DNA from: a bacterium | Lineage (GTDB): Bacteria > UBA8248 | Length of the DNA stretch: 64,000 nucleotides | Assembly (NCBI GenBank): GCA_965213625.1 | Contig: CBDBZU010000004.1 | Location: 1 to 64,000 of the forward strand | Direction: 5' to 3' | In this document: positions 20,995 through 34,264 of the stretch, piece by piece | Numbering within the stretch: position 1 is the first letter of the stretch | How the letters are laid out: every line of letters begins with the position of its first letter | Made by a program: the position numbers and the translations under genes | The notes under the pieces: model-generated | Told to the model about the DNA's origin: nothing | Database searches by the model: none | What the model saw: the letters and a program-made list of their open reading frames with translations, nothing else

Positions 20995-21240
20995 CATGGG
21001 CATGAAGTTGCCTTCACCCATATGAACACATGGCGTCGTCGATTGACCGATTTCGAGGCTTACCCCGCCGCTTCATCACCTGCTGTCTACGCTTCACGAC
21101 GGGCGTTGCCGCACGCCATGCAAGACTCGCTTCCGGCTGGCCGGCTTCGCCTTTGCCGGGCAGGAGTCGAACCCGCTGGGTTGCTACGAGAGGTTTCAGG
21201 TCATGGCGTCCTTTCCTCTCCAGAGCTTAGCCAAGCGCAA
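20995..21240 (-). mobile_element. Group II intron 5' fragment (domain I)
   Basis: Minus strand begins TTGCG and contains GGTTCGACTCC...CCGGCAAAGGCGAAGCCGG...GCGAGTCTTGC...GAAGCGTAGACAG, typical of bacterial group II intron domain I. Confidence 0.7.
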
Positions 21241-21378
21241 TAACGGTTCGGCGGAGGGGTGATAACTTAGTCGATGCCGGAGACATTTGTAGGAATTTCG
21301 CGGTGTAGCCAGCTTCAGCTGGTGCTTTCCTCTTCCTCATCACCCCGCGACCGAACGAATACGGCAACAAAAAATTTA

Positions 21379-21408
21379 TTGACATCGCGAAATCACAAAG
21401 AATAAGAT
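21379..21408 (+). promoter_or_regulatory. Sigma70 promoter of the RiPP precursor
   Basis: A-tract UP element, then TTGACA-18 nt-TAAGAT. Confidence 0.55.
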
Positions 21409-21464
21409 CAGCCTCATTGAGGAAGGGGTTGTTTTTTTATCTAACCATGCAAAGGAGGACAGTC

Positions 21465-21716
21465 ATGAGAAGCGGCGATGAAATGTTGAAGCAGATTGTC
21501 GATAAGTCCACCCTTGATGCAGATTTCAGGCAACAGTTGCTCGCAGATCCGAAGTCGACCATCAGTGCGGAATTGGGCATCACGATTCCCGATTCGATGA
21601 ATGTCGTGGTCCATGAGAGCGACATGGAGACGGTGCATCTTACGTTGCCGCCGGATCCGAACATCACCGAGGAGCAGCTCGAAGCCGTCTCGGCAGGCCT
21701 TTGCTGCTGCTGGTAG
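21465..21716 (+). CDS. srpE: NHLP-leader (proteusin-type) RiPP precursor with core LCCCW, SrpE-like
   Basis: AAGGAGG RBS; DADFRQQLLADPK, LTLP, ITEEQLEAVSAG leader end followed by LCCCW and stop. Confidence 0.88.
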   Translation: MRSGDEMLKQIVDKSTLDADFRQQLLADPKSTISAELGITIPDSMNVVVHESDMETVHLTLPPDPNITEEQLEAVSAGLCCCW

Positions 21717-21731
21717 ACCAGTAACACCTGT

Positions 21732-22100
21732 CGGCCCGAAGCCCTGTAGACGGCGCCGGTGTTGCGTGGCGTCTCGACGAAGGTCTCGATGATGACGGGG
21801 GTGGTATTGTAGCGTTCGGTCCAGTCGTCGGGCAGTCGCCTGCGGATGATGGCGAGGAGATGCGAGCCGAGGTTGGGGATTTTGACCCAGTGCAGGATGA
21901 GGAACCTCGGGTTGTCGACCACGAGGGGAAGGTTCTTCTCGCGCAACTGCGGCGTCCAACCGATGAATGCATCGCGCGGGGCGAGCTTCCACGCAGCGGT
22001 GGAGAAGCCGAGCATGGCGAGGGGCCTGCCGCCCCGGTCATGTATGGCGTAGCGGATCTGGGCGCCGACGAGGGTCTTGTAGCCGAGGTAGTGGTAGCGG
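21732..22100 (-). pseudogene. DUF4338 (IS-associated / DruA-like) domain fragment
   Basis: RYHYLGY...GAQIRY...AAWKLAPRDAFIGW...RFLIL...NLGSH...DWTERY...ETFVE...YRASG; both ends missing. Confidence 0.8.
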
Positions 22101-22469
22101 TCTTCAAGCTCAAGCTCTACGACCAGGAGGTCAACGGGCTCTACCGCGGCGTCACCGGGTGGGTCGTACCGACGTCCGCCATCCGGTCCATGCCGAGTAC
22201 GATGACGTTGACCGGCCAGATCCAGGACAACGATTAAACGGTCAAGATGGGATACGGGAACGCGGGTCAGTACTGCCAGTGAGTCCGCACGGCCGTGCAA
22301 CGAGCGCGGGCGATACCGCTTCAAGCTGTTAACCCCCGCCGACCATGGCGGAGAACAAAGGAGACGAATGCCATGAGAACCTCATACAGAATCCTCCCCA
22401 CGCTGGTGCTCGTCCTGTCGGTGCTTGCAGGCGGGCTCCTCGCCGCGCCGGGGGTCTATGCGCAGAATG
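22101..22469. repeat. 369-bp inverted repeat with 27312-27680 (Calx-beta gene 3' end, spacer, signal-peptide coding region)
   Basis: FKLKLYDQEVNGLYRGVTGWV... and MRTSYRI.PTL.LVLSVLAGGLLAAPGVYAQN occur in both; this copy has a premature TAA. Confidence 0.9.
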
Positions 22470-23191
22470 CCCCCACATATGGCGACTGTGCTCAAGCGTG
22501 GTACGAAAGCGACGCCTCCGAGCATTGCCCGGCTCCCGGCACCCAATTCTGGTTTGACACCCCGAACGGAGAGTGCAGCGTCACGGCCAGGTGCCGGAAG
22601 TTGAATGGCGTGCCATCAACCCAGCAAACTGTCACCGGCGATCTGAATGACATGCGCGATCTGGTGAGTTGCGACGGCAAGCTCAAAATCGGCTCTTGCC
22701 TCTCCGCTGATCAACAAACCGCCCTTGTGACAGCATGCAAGGATTCGTGGAACGCCAGCGATGCCAGCCAGAGATGCGGTTCGTCCTACGGGTCCCACTC
22801 CATATCGACATATCAAGGCCAGCAATGTCATGTCTCGACCTCCTGCGGGACCCTGGCGGTGGCAGCGTCCTTCTACGGGTCGCCCGACAATGTGAAACAG
22901 CTCGATTTCTGCAACAACGAGTTGTCCACTTCTTGCCCAACGGTCGAGAAATGCACGAGCGCATGGAATGCGAGTTCGGCGAAAGTTACCTGTAACTATA
23001 CCGGCTTCTACAGCACCCAAGTCGGAGTGGATTCGGGACAGTGCTCCATAAAGACCCATTGCCAAAGACGGGTTGACGATCCATTGGGGAAGACTGGGGG
23101 AATCATAGCAGTTGAGACCTCGTACAAGGGGGACCTGGGACAGGTGCAAAACCTCAAGAACTGCGACGGGACACTCAAGGCATCCTGCTGA
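22373..23191 (+). CDS. Secreted protein with three tandem 6-Cys repeats
   Basis: Signal peptide; three copies of C-x3-W-x2-S-x-A-x3-C...C-x5-C...G...L-x2-C-x3-L-x2/3-SC. Confidence 0.8.
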   Translation: MRTSYRILPTLVLVLSVLAGGLLAAPGVYAQNAPTYGDCAQAWYESDASEHCPAPGTQFWFDTPNGECSVTARCRKLNGVPSTQQTVTGDLNDMRDLVSCDGKLKIGSCLSADQQTALVTACKDSWNASDASQRCGSSYGSHSISTYQGQQCHVSTSCGTLAVAASFYGSPDNVKQLDFCNNELSTSCPTVEKCTSAWNASSAKVTCNYTGFYSTQVGVDSGQCSIKTHCQRRVDDPLGKTGGIIAVETSYKGDLGQVQNLKNCDGTLKASC

Positions 23192-23634
23192 TGATGGTGG
23201 AGACCTCTGCGCCGTTCGCCGCGTAGGACTTCCCGCAACCGGCGCAGACGCGCGCACCGGCCGGCGGGTTGCGGACTTCAGTCTTCTCCCCGAGCGCGGG
23301 GTGCCGCCTTGGGCGCCGGGCTGACGACCGCGCCTGCGCTCCGAGCGCGGCCTCCAGCCGCGCACTGCGGGTCTCCGACTTGCGAAGCTCCCTGCGAAGC
23401 CGCCTCCTTCGCGCGCAACAACCGCTCCATCAGTCGTTCCTTCGTGACTTCCGCGGCCCTGAGGGAGACCCGCAAATCGTCGCGCGATTCCCGCAACTTC
23501 CCGTGGAGCCGGATAAGCTCCTCTTCAATGGACGCGAGGCGTACCGGATCGAGATACTGGACTCTAACGTAGGGTGGTATTCGGTAGACTACGAGAACCT
23601 GTAGGGGTACGCCTCGCGAGACAGCTAAACAGGC

Positions 23635-23940
23635 GTGAGCAGTAGCAGTTTCAGACTCGACGCGGGCGGAGAGCTTAATTCAAAAGCTTACATGTCCGGC
23701 GTTCCGCAGTACTCAAAAGGCACGGTCGGCCAGGGCGTAGTGACGCTCCGCCACCCGAGCGCGTCCGGAGCCATAGTGGCCTCGTGCACCGTCAACATCA
23801 TTGACAACGACAACACGGCCTACATCGGAGAACGAAATTCCCATCCCTACGGCGGTACGTGGTGGACCACGCCGCACTGCTTCACCAACGGCTGCTCGGG
23901 GACTTCCTTGCGTCCGGGTGGAGCGGCCAGGAAGCGCGAA
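23635..23940 (+). pseudogene. Probable C-terminal fragment of a secreted Calx-beta-like protein
   Basis: SCTVNIIDNDN resembles a Calx-beta end; no signal peptide or clear start. Confidence 0.3.
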
Positions 23941-24302
23941 TCACTGCGATGGCCGAGTAAATCCTGCGGGAGAACGGGATTGTCCCCGACTGGAAGCATC
24001 CGGCCTGAAAGGCGGGGCGACGCTCTCGGCCCTCCGCCTCGCCGACGGCAGGCTGATGCTGAGGAGCAGGCAGTCGGGTCGCTCGGTCCGGGTCCGCCTT
24101 CCGGCCGGCGCCGTCTTCCCCGAGTACGGCGGCCTGCTTGTAATCCACGAGGTCGAACGCATCGAGGATGCCGGGCCCGGCGCCACGATGCTCAGGCAAT
24201 ATCGGGAAATGGCGACCGGGCAGGCGCCCTGGAGGGCAAAGCCGCCGCGTGGCGCTACCGAATAACGGATCAAGCCCGGCGGCTCTCTCGATATTACTGC
24301 GT

Positions 24303-24725
24303 CTAATTACACGTCGAAGTTGCAGAACCTGGACTACCAACATTGTATGCCGTTGGGTAATTGGTCGAGCCCGCGCATGAAGTATTACCGGCTGAGGACT
24401 CACAGGTGGCCTCATTGGTTGTATCGTTAGCCGTCTCGATCGTTATCGTGTGCGAACCCTTGTTTGTTAAATTGCAAGGAAAAGAGAATTGGAAGTTAGG
24501 CTGCAGCCACCAATAACGATCATAGCCAGCCCATTTAACACGGACCAGCACTGCGTGACCGGGAGCCGAACTGAGAGATGCTTTAAATTTTACGTCATTG
24601 CGGGGATAGACCTGTGATGTACCCGCTGTGATAGTGACGCTCGGTGGAGTCTGCGCCATTGCCGGGCATGTCAGCATCCCGAATACCAGTGTGGCCAACG
24701 CGGTTACCGTCAATTTTCGTATCAT
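24303..24725 (-). CDS. Small secreted beta-rich protein with four mature Cys
   Basis: AAGGAGG RBS, signal ending AMAQ; PSVTITAGTS and YNVGSPGSAT resemble Calx-beta-like repeat ends. Confidence 0.7.
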   Translation of the reverse strand: MIRKLTVTALATLVFGMLTCPAMAQTPPSVTITAGTSQVYPRNDVKFKASLSSAPGHAVLVRVKWAGYDRYWWLQPNFQFSFPCNLTNKGSHTITIETANDTTNEATCESSAGNTSCAGSTNYPTAYNVGSPGSATSTCN

Positions 24726-24826
24726 TGGTTTCCTCCTTGTTGAACGACATATAACCTCCCTCATGTTTCATTACTCGGTTCATGGCCATCTCAAGCGGCT
24801 GCGGGGCGTTGCGTCCGCCGGCAGAC

Positions 24827-25849
24827 CTATCCCCAGCACGCTTTCAGGGCCTGCTCGCTGGAGATCGACGGGATACCCGGAACCGGCGCGTCGGTGACCA
24901 GTGTCACGCCGGTGTCATGGAAGTCGAGCCCCGGCGTGTTCTCCGGCTTCCGGCCCGTCCTCAAGAACGCGACCACGGCCTCTAAACCGAGCGCCGCCAT
25001 CCTGACCGGGTATTGCATCGCGGTGGCGCCGATCGCCCCGGCGGCGACGTCGCGGACCCCGCGGCAGCCGCCGTCGACGGTGACGATCGTGGCCTCCTTC
25101 TCCATGCCCAGCGCCCTGAGCGCCGCATGAGCGCCGGCCGCCGCCGGCTCGTTGATCGCGTAGACCACGCCGATCCCCCGATGTTCGCGCAGCAGGGCAT
25201 CCATCGCGGCCCGTCCACCTTCCTCCGTGCCACCCGTCGGGCCGCTACCCACGATCCGCGGGTCGTCTTCGTCGTACTTCCTACCCGGGTCGCGGATGTC
25301 GACGCCGAAGCCGCTGAGGAACCCCTGGTTGCGCAGCACATCCACCGTGATCGGCGCTTCAAACCCGTCCAGCGTGACGATCCGCGCGCGCTTCGCCGAG
25401 TCGCCTCGTCTTGCCCTCGCCCACATGCCGATCAGCTCGCCCGCCCTGAAATTGTCGGTCGCGAAGGTCGCGTCCACCGACCCAGGCGGGTCGAACGGAG
25501 TATCGAGCGCGACCACCATCAGGCCCGCCTCCCGCGCCCTGGCGACCGCCTCCGCAAGCGCCGCGGGGTCCGAGGGCGCGATGAGGATGCCCTTCGCGCC
25601 CGCATCCACGAGAGCCTCTATCGCCCCGATCTGGGTCCCGGTGTCCCCGTCGTAGGCGCCCGAATGGGTGCGCAGCTCGACGCCGAGCGCGCGGGCCTTC
25701 TTGATCGCGGCCCGCTTCATGGTCGCGAAGAACGGGTTGGCGTCGGTCTTGACGATCAGGCCGACAACCGGATCGGAGGCCAGGACGGGAGAGGCGGACA
25801 GCGCGCAGCCCAGCGCCAGCGCGGCAAACAGACGGTTCACGAGGTTCAT
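24827..25849 (-). CDS. Sugar ABC transporter substrate-binding protein (FrcB/RbsB-like), orphan
   Basis: KTDANPFFATMK, VVALDTP, FATDNFRAG, YAINEP, TVDGGC, MQYPVRMA. Confidence 0.88.
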   Translation of the reverse strand: MNLVNRLFAALALGCALSASPVLASDPVVGLIVKTDANPFFATMKRAAIKKARALGVELRTHSGAYDGDTGTQIGAIEALVDAGAKGILIAPSDPAALAEAVARAREAGLMVVALDTPFDPPGSVDATFATDNFRAGELIGMWARARRGDSAKRARIVTLDGFEAPITVDVLRNQGFLSGFGVDIRDPGRKYDEDDPRIVGSGPTGGTEEGGRAAMDALLREHRGIGVVYAINEPAAAGAHAALRALGMEKEATIVTVDGGCRGVRDVAAGAIGATAMQYPVRMAALGLEAVVAFLRTGRKPENTPGLDFHDTGVTLVTDAPVPGIPSISSEQALKACWG

Positions 25850-25861
25850 CGCGATGCCTCC

Positions 25862-26053
25862 GGGCGGTGCGTGGCGCTCGGCCTGGCGGCAACCTGGACG
25901 ATCTGCCGCTTCACCGGCTGGGACTTCCTGATCTCGGGGCTCTCCGTGGCCAGCGGCCTCGGCACGGCGGTGGCGGTCGGCCTGTTCTTCGGGTTCCAGC
26001 CCGCCCACCAGGCCTCGCGGCTCGATCCCATCGCCGGACTCCAGGGCAAGTAG
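25862..26053 (+). pseudogene. C-terminal fragment of a MacB/FtsX-type ABC permease
   Basis: AVAVGLFFGFQPAHQASRLDPIAGL and stop. Confidence 0.75.
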
Positions 26054-26092
26054 AAAGCCGGTCGATGTCATGCAACCTGCAAAACCGGGAGA

Positions 26093-26917
26093 TCAGCAGG
26101 AGGTCTTGAGGTACCCGTGGCAGTTCTTGAGGCGTTCCACCTCTTCCACACTCCCCTTGAAATCGCCATAACGAGGTGAGATCTCTCCGACGAACAAAGT
26201 ACTCCATCTTCTGCACCTGGCCCTCATGGTGCATTGTCCCGAATCCACCGCGACCGGCCTGGTATCATATCCTGTAACGCTACAGGTATTGCTGGCGTCG
26301 CTCGCATCCCATGCGCTCTTGCAGTTCTCGACCGTCACGGGGATGGGGCAAGAGGTGGATAACTGGTTATCGCAGTAATCGAGCTGTTTTACATCGTCGG
26401 GCGACCCGTAGAAGGACGCTGCCACCGCCAGGGTCCCGCAGGAGGTCGCGACATGACACTGCTGGCTTGATATCGACACGCTGTGGGATCCGTAGGACGA
26501 ACCGCACTTCTGGCTGGCATCGCTGTCATCCCACGCCTCCTCGCAGGCTGTCGCCAGGGCGGCTTGTTGATCAGCGGAGAGGCAGGAGCTGACTTTAAGC
26601 ACGCCGTTGCAGCTCACCAGATCGCGCATGTCATCCAGATTGCCGGTGACGGTTTGCATCTGCGATGCCCAGCCATCCGATTTCCGGCACCTGGTCGTAA
26701 CGCTGCACTCTCCGTTCGAAGCAGTCATCCAGAACTGGTTGCTGGAAAATGGGCAATGCTCGGAGGCGTCGCTCGCGTTCCACGCGTCAAGGCACTCGGC
26801 CTGCGTCGGGCCGTCCTGGGCGCGGGCGAGGGGGGTGGCGGCAAGGGCGGCGGCCAGCACGGCCGCTGCCAGCGCAATTCCGGGAGAGGTCCTGAGCCAG
26901 GTTGAGATTCTCTTCAT
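26093..26917 (-). CDS. Secreted protein with three tandem 6-Cys repeats (paralog of 22373-23191)
   Basis: Same 18-Cys pattern; different signal peptide ending ARAQ. Confidence 0.8.
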   Translation of the reverse strand: MKRISTWLRTSPGIALAAAVLAAALAATPLARAQDGPTQAECLDAWNASDASEHCPFSSNQFWMTASNGECSVTTRCRKSDGWASQMQTVTGNLDDMRDLVSCNGVLKVSSCLSADQQAALATACEEAWDDSDASQKCGSSYGSHSVSISSQQCHVATSCGTLAVAASFYGSPDDVKQLDYCDNQLSTSCPIPVTVENCKSAWDASDASNTCSVTGYDTRPVAVDSGQCTMRARCRRWSTLFVGEISPRYGDFKGSVEEVERLKNCHGYLKTSC

Positions 26918-27015
26918 CGCCTCATTCCTTTCTGTCCGGTCCCCGATTATTGATCGACAATCCGACCGGTCATGGTGAGCTTTTGCGCTCTGGGATAGGT
27001 GGCCGAAGACGTGCG

Positions 27016-27408
27016 CTACGTGGTGTCGCCCGGGTACTCTCCCTTGACCTTGCGGTCGTACAGCTCCAGTTCGAAGGTCTCGTTATCTTCCTCGACATCG
27101 TCCTCGATCGTCGTGATATTGATCCCGACTGTGGGGTTGTTCGGGGTAAATGTGACATAGCTGTCCGCCGAATTGTAATCCTTGCCGGCCTCCGCCGTAT
27201 CGTCCTTCGTTCGATATGAGTAGCGAACGTCATTGCCGCGCGTGGTGAATCCCGTCACGGTGATCACGAATGTCACCTTGCGGCCTTCCTTCGCGCTCGC
27301 ATCCACGCTCACATTCTGCGCGTAGACCCCCGGCGCGGCGAGGAGCCCGCCTGCAAGCACCGACAGGACCAGCGCAAGCGTGGGGAAGATTCTGTATGAG
27401 GTTCTCAT
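27016..27408 (-). CDS. Small secreted single Calx-beta domain protein
   Basis: Signal peptide; YRTKDDTAEAGKDY, TIEDDVEEDNETFELEL. Confidence 0.85.
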   Translation of the reverse strand: MRTSYRIFPTLALVLSVLAGGLLAAPGVYAQNVSVDASAKEGRKVTFVITVTGFTTRGNDVRYSYRTKDDTAEAGKDYNSADSYVTFTPNNPTVGINITTIEDDVEEDNETFELELYDRKVKGEYPGDTT

Positions 27409-27498
27409 GGCATTCGTCTCCTTTGTTTTTTGCCATGCTCGGCGGGGGTTACCAGCTTGAAGCGGTATCGCCCGCGCTCATTGCACGGCAGCGCGGAC

Positions 27499-28017
27499 TC
27501 ACTGGCAGTACTGACCCGCGTTCCCGCATCCCATCTTGACCGTTTGATCGTTGTCCTGGATCTGGCCCTTCAACGTCATCGTACTCGGCATGGACCGGAT
27601 GCTGGATGTCGGTGAAACCCACCCCGTGACACCGCGGTAGAGCCCGTTGACCTCCTGGTCGTAGAGCTTGAGCTTGAAGACTTCCGGGTCTTCTTCATCG
27701 CTGTCGTCAATCGTGTCCACATAGACCTTCTGCTCCTTGACCCCCGAATTGAAGGTCACGGTGCCGGTGGTCTCTTCGTAATCCTCGCCCTTCACAGCCG
27801 CGCCGTCTTCCGTCTTGTACTTGTAGCGCACCGCCCAGCCGTTCGGCGCCGCCCCGAGCTTGACCGTGAACTCCATCGTGTCGCCCTCGGTTGCGCCGGC
27901 GTCCGCGGCGAGTGCCGCCTGCGGCGCGCCAAGCGCGGCGCACGCCGCCAGCATGACACTTACAACAGCAGCGAGTAATGCGGCCCGTAGGGATTTTCTG
28001 TTCGAGTCCTGTTTCAT
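27499..28017 (-). CDS. Small secreted single Calx-beta domain protein
   Basis: AAGGAG RBS; YKTEDGAAVKGEDY, TIDDSDEEDPEVFKLKL, GQIQDND. Confidence 0.85.
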   Translation of the reverse strand: MKQDSNRKSLRAALLAAVVSVMLAACAALGAPQAALAADAGATEGDTMEFTVKLGAAPNGWAVRYKYKTEDGAAVKGEDYEETTGTVTFNSGVKEQKVYVDTIDDSDEEDPEVFKLKLYDQEVNGLYRGVTGWVSPTSSIRSMPSTMTLKGQIQDNDQTVKMGCGNAGQYCQ

Positions 28018-28734
28018 AGCTTTACTCCTTCACGATGGTGGCGCCTACCGTGATGTCCGAGAACCGACCGACGTGCCCATCGAATTCGCAACATCGTTGG
28101 GCCATCCCCCAGGCCATCTCCGCTGGCGCAGTTCCTGGTTTCTTTGACCGGCCGAAGCGATTGTTATCGTGAGAATGCTAGCAAACGGATGGTTGCTTCA
28201 CAACTTTTTTTTCAGGTCGGCGGGCAGGTCGTTCGTGCTTTTGGTGGTGACGGGACGGCGGCCAGATGGATCGAGGCGATTCGGAGGAGGACGCACCGCC
28301 TCGACTCAGGCCAATCTCTCCCAAGCCGCACTGTGCTCCCCGATTATTCCTCGAAAGCGACATCCAGGTCTTCTGGAATGTGTCGCGGATGATAAGGCGG
28401 ATGTGAGGAACGGGTTATGGTGGATTCACTCGTAAATCGCCCGTTATCAGGCAGTGGGGGGGGCAGCGGACGAGGGATTCTTGTAGCTTGTTAAAATTAT
28501 TACGGGTATTTGTATTTTGCGAGTTTTGTTGGGGATTTGCTTATCTGCAATACGTAATCAAATCGGAAGCGGGCGAATTCAAACTCCCGCGCATCCTGGC
28601 AGGTACGTGTCGGATATACGTTCGCTTGTGGGGGTGATAATTCTGCAAGACTCAGAGACAGTTATTGGTATGGCACGGCGTATCCGGTTTGGGTCGGCGA
28701 ATTTTTGATACTCATCACCCCGCGAGCGAGCGTA

Positions 28735-29053
28735 TACGGCCCGGTAGGAGGGGTCTTTACCGAGCCCACACACACAGACCTGAGCGTGCGCGATTGACGC
28801 ACTCGGTTCCCCACCCGACAGGTTCACTCAGGAAGCTTTGCCTTCGCTCCCGCTTCATGCACCTGAGGTGCTGCGGCGCGCAAGCCACTTCCGCCAGATG
28901 CGGGCGACCTTGTAGCGGAACCACCGATGACGTTTGTCGTTCCCCGTCAAACCATAGTATGCGCAGCGGCCCCGGATCACCCGTGCAAGATGCTCTTGTT
29001 GCGCCGCGACCGACAGGCACTGGTATCTCTTGCACCATTCGTGCACCGAACGG
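28735..29053 (-). mobile_element. Group II intron 3' fragment (maturase domain X, D5 and D6)
   Basis: LARVIRGRCAYYGLTGN...IWRKWLARRS, then GAACCGAGTGCGTCAATCGCGCACGCTCAGGTCTG (D5-like) and ...CCTACC. Confidence 0.8.
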
Positions 29054-29406
29054 AAACCCCTGCCGAAAAATCTTCGTGGTGATAACAACGGCCTGACCTT
29101 TAGAGAAGTGGGAGATTTTCAATTCAGGAAAGGAGAGACGTAATGGCGGGAATTAAGACAGTTTTAACCAAGTTCTATGCTTTCACGCTGGCGGCGGTGT
29201 TCGCGCTGGTTTTCCGATCCCGTCCCAATGATCGTTTGCCCCTACGTTATCCTCCGACCTGTCCCTTTCGCCACTCGCTGCCTCCGACAATAACGTGACG
29301 GGTGTCTCGAATTGCCGAAAGCAGCTTAACGGGATCATCGACGACGCGTCGATCGGGCAGTTTTGTTTGGCGGAAACGTACGCAGATTGCAGTTCACACC
29401 GGTGTT

Positions 29407-30809
29407 TCAGAATCCATCGACCGAAAGCGCATTCCAGTCTTCGGGCGTCCCTTCACGCAAAAGCTTGAACAACGACTTGCGGGCGATGTCGAAGCCTTTG
29501 ACGAAGGCTGCATCATTTCTCGGCGGGGATACTTTGTCCGAGCGGCTGTGAACGATTTCCGACCGCGCGTTGTAAAATGCCTTGACGTCTTCCTTTATCC
29601 TTCCCCGGTTTTCCGTATCGGTTCCGAGAAAGCAGGAAACCCTCTCCCGCAATTTGCCTGAGATTCCATTCCGGGGCAGGTCGTACATGCCTTCCAGTGC
29701 GATGGAGACATCCACAACCCTACTTTCGTCTGCGAACCGCCCGTTTCGAGCGAGAGCAGCGGCAAGCCGGCCGACGGTCGGCGCCATCCTCCTGTAGCGT
29801 TCACTCTTTCGGTTTTCGAAGGCTTCTTTCGCTTCGGCAAGCGCATTCGACGCCAACATCGGGCACACTTCGAATCCGTTGAAGCCGTGCGCCGGGCTGT
29901 TCCCGTAGCGACCGGGGCCATGGCGTTCCCGACCCAGAAGCCGACCGGCGGAACGGTCGATGCAATTGTACAATTGCGCAAGCGGCACTATCGGCGTCGT
30001 GTGAGCTACGGCCAGCAGATCCAGGAACATCTGCGCCTCCCGGAAAAACGACTCTGGAGACTTCAACGCTATGTCCATCCAGTGGTCGATCCGGCGGAAT
30101 ACAGGCCTCCACCGAAACGGTCTGACCACCGCCCCAATCGACTGCCAGTCGTGGAATCCGGCACCCGGCAGAGCAAGCTCTTCCACCATGTTCTGGTCCA
30201 CGAAGCGACTCACTCGCTCGAAGGGCAGGAGCATCATGCCGTCCGTAACCTCGACCCGTTCCATGACGCTCAGCCCGTAGAACAGCAATGCGTCGTAACC
30301 GATGTCGAGATCGCCCAGCACATGGGTTGGCCCTTCGTCGCCAGCGGGTTCGAGCAAAGCGTTCAGTTCGCCCGCTGCCGTCCGGAAGCGGTCGCCGCAC
30401 ACTTCCGCGGCGCGCGCCATCAGTCCGGCAACCAGATCGGCTGGGGAGGTAGAAGTGCGGGAGCCGAGGATCTCCAACAGGAACTCGTCTTGGCCGACGA
30501 TCCGGCCCACTACCCGCTCAAGCGTGGGATGGGAAATCAGGATGTACCGCAGCGGATCCAACACCGCGAGCAAGGGCGCGTAATGTTTCTCCCTGCTGAA
30601 TATCTTGCAGTGGTGCGCCATCGCATAGAGATCGCGCAAGTCGTCCAGTGGAAACGGCGGCCGATTTCCGCCCCGCCCATCGAACACGACATGCTTGCGG
30701 GGGGTCTGCTCCCGGTATTCGCACAGGTAAGGTTCTTGTGCTTCCGCCAGCACGGGAAGAGCCCTTGCTAGGCGGTCGATCCAGTCGGCGTCTGAAAATC
30801 CGTCCGGCA

Positions 30810-30810
<1 letters not shown>
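29407..30810 (-). CDS. HEPN-domain protein translationally coupled to hsdR
   Basis: ATGA overlap with the hsdR stop; SIALEGMY...KLRERVS...FYNARSEIVH (Rx4H). Confidence 0.75.
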
Positions 30811-33926
<3,116 letters not shown>

Positions 33927-34264
33927 CGGGTCCTCAGGGTAGAGAACCGGTGGCGGCGCGTGTATCGGCCTCCTCCGCTCTCTGCGTTTTTACTCAGCGC
34001 CGGGGTTCCTCGTGACGTTCATTCCCCGGCGCCGAACGTATGACTCAACCGGAGATGAAGCATCAAGGGTTCGAACCTTTCTTGCAATCAGCAAGTGATT
34101 TTCGTCTGAAATTGCTACTTTAGTGTACTTCACCGCTCTACACTCAAAGTTTCAGGGGGGGGTGATTCCCTGGCTGTGGAAAATGTGCTCTCTAGTTATT
34201 CGAGCCAGACGGGCACATCCGATTCGGTACCGGATTCGGTGAAGGCGCTGGACATCATTGACCC

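Noticed and set aside
21732-22100. DUF4338 as a Druantia defence system
   Set aside because: Only an internal fragment and no druE-like helicase; better explained as an IS-associated remnant.
23186-23197. TGA TGA after the last Cys as selenocysteine read-through (host has selB)
   Set aside because: The paralog ends at the same Cys, downstream sequences are unrelated, and no SECIS could be supported.
22101-29053. Diversity-generating retroelement (paralogous repeats near RT-related sequence)
   Set aside because: No RT catalytic domain is present, differences between repeats are not adenine-specific, and the fragment carries group II D5/D6.
29143-29298. Short ORF with strong RBS and signal-like start (MAGIKTVLTKFYAFTLAAVFALV)
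   Set aside because: Looks like the truncated start of a secreted-protein gene; too little remains to call.
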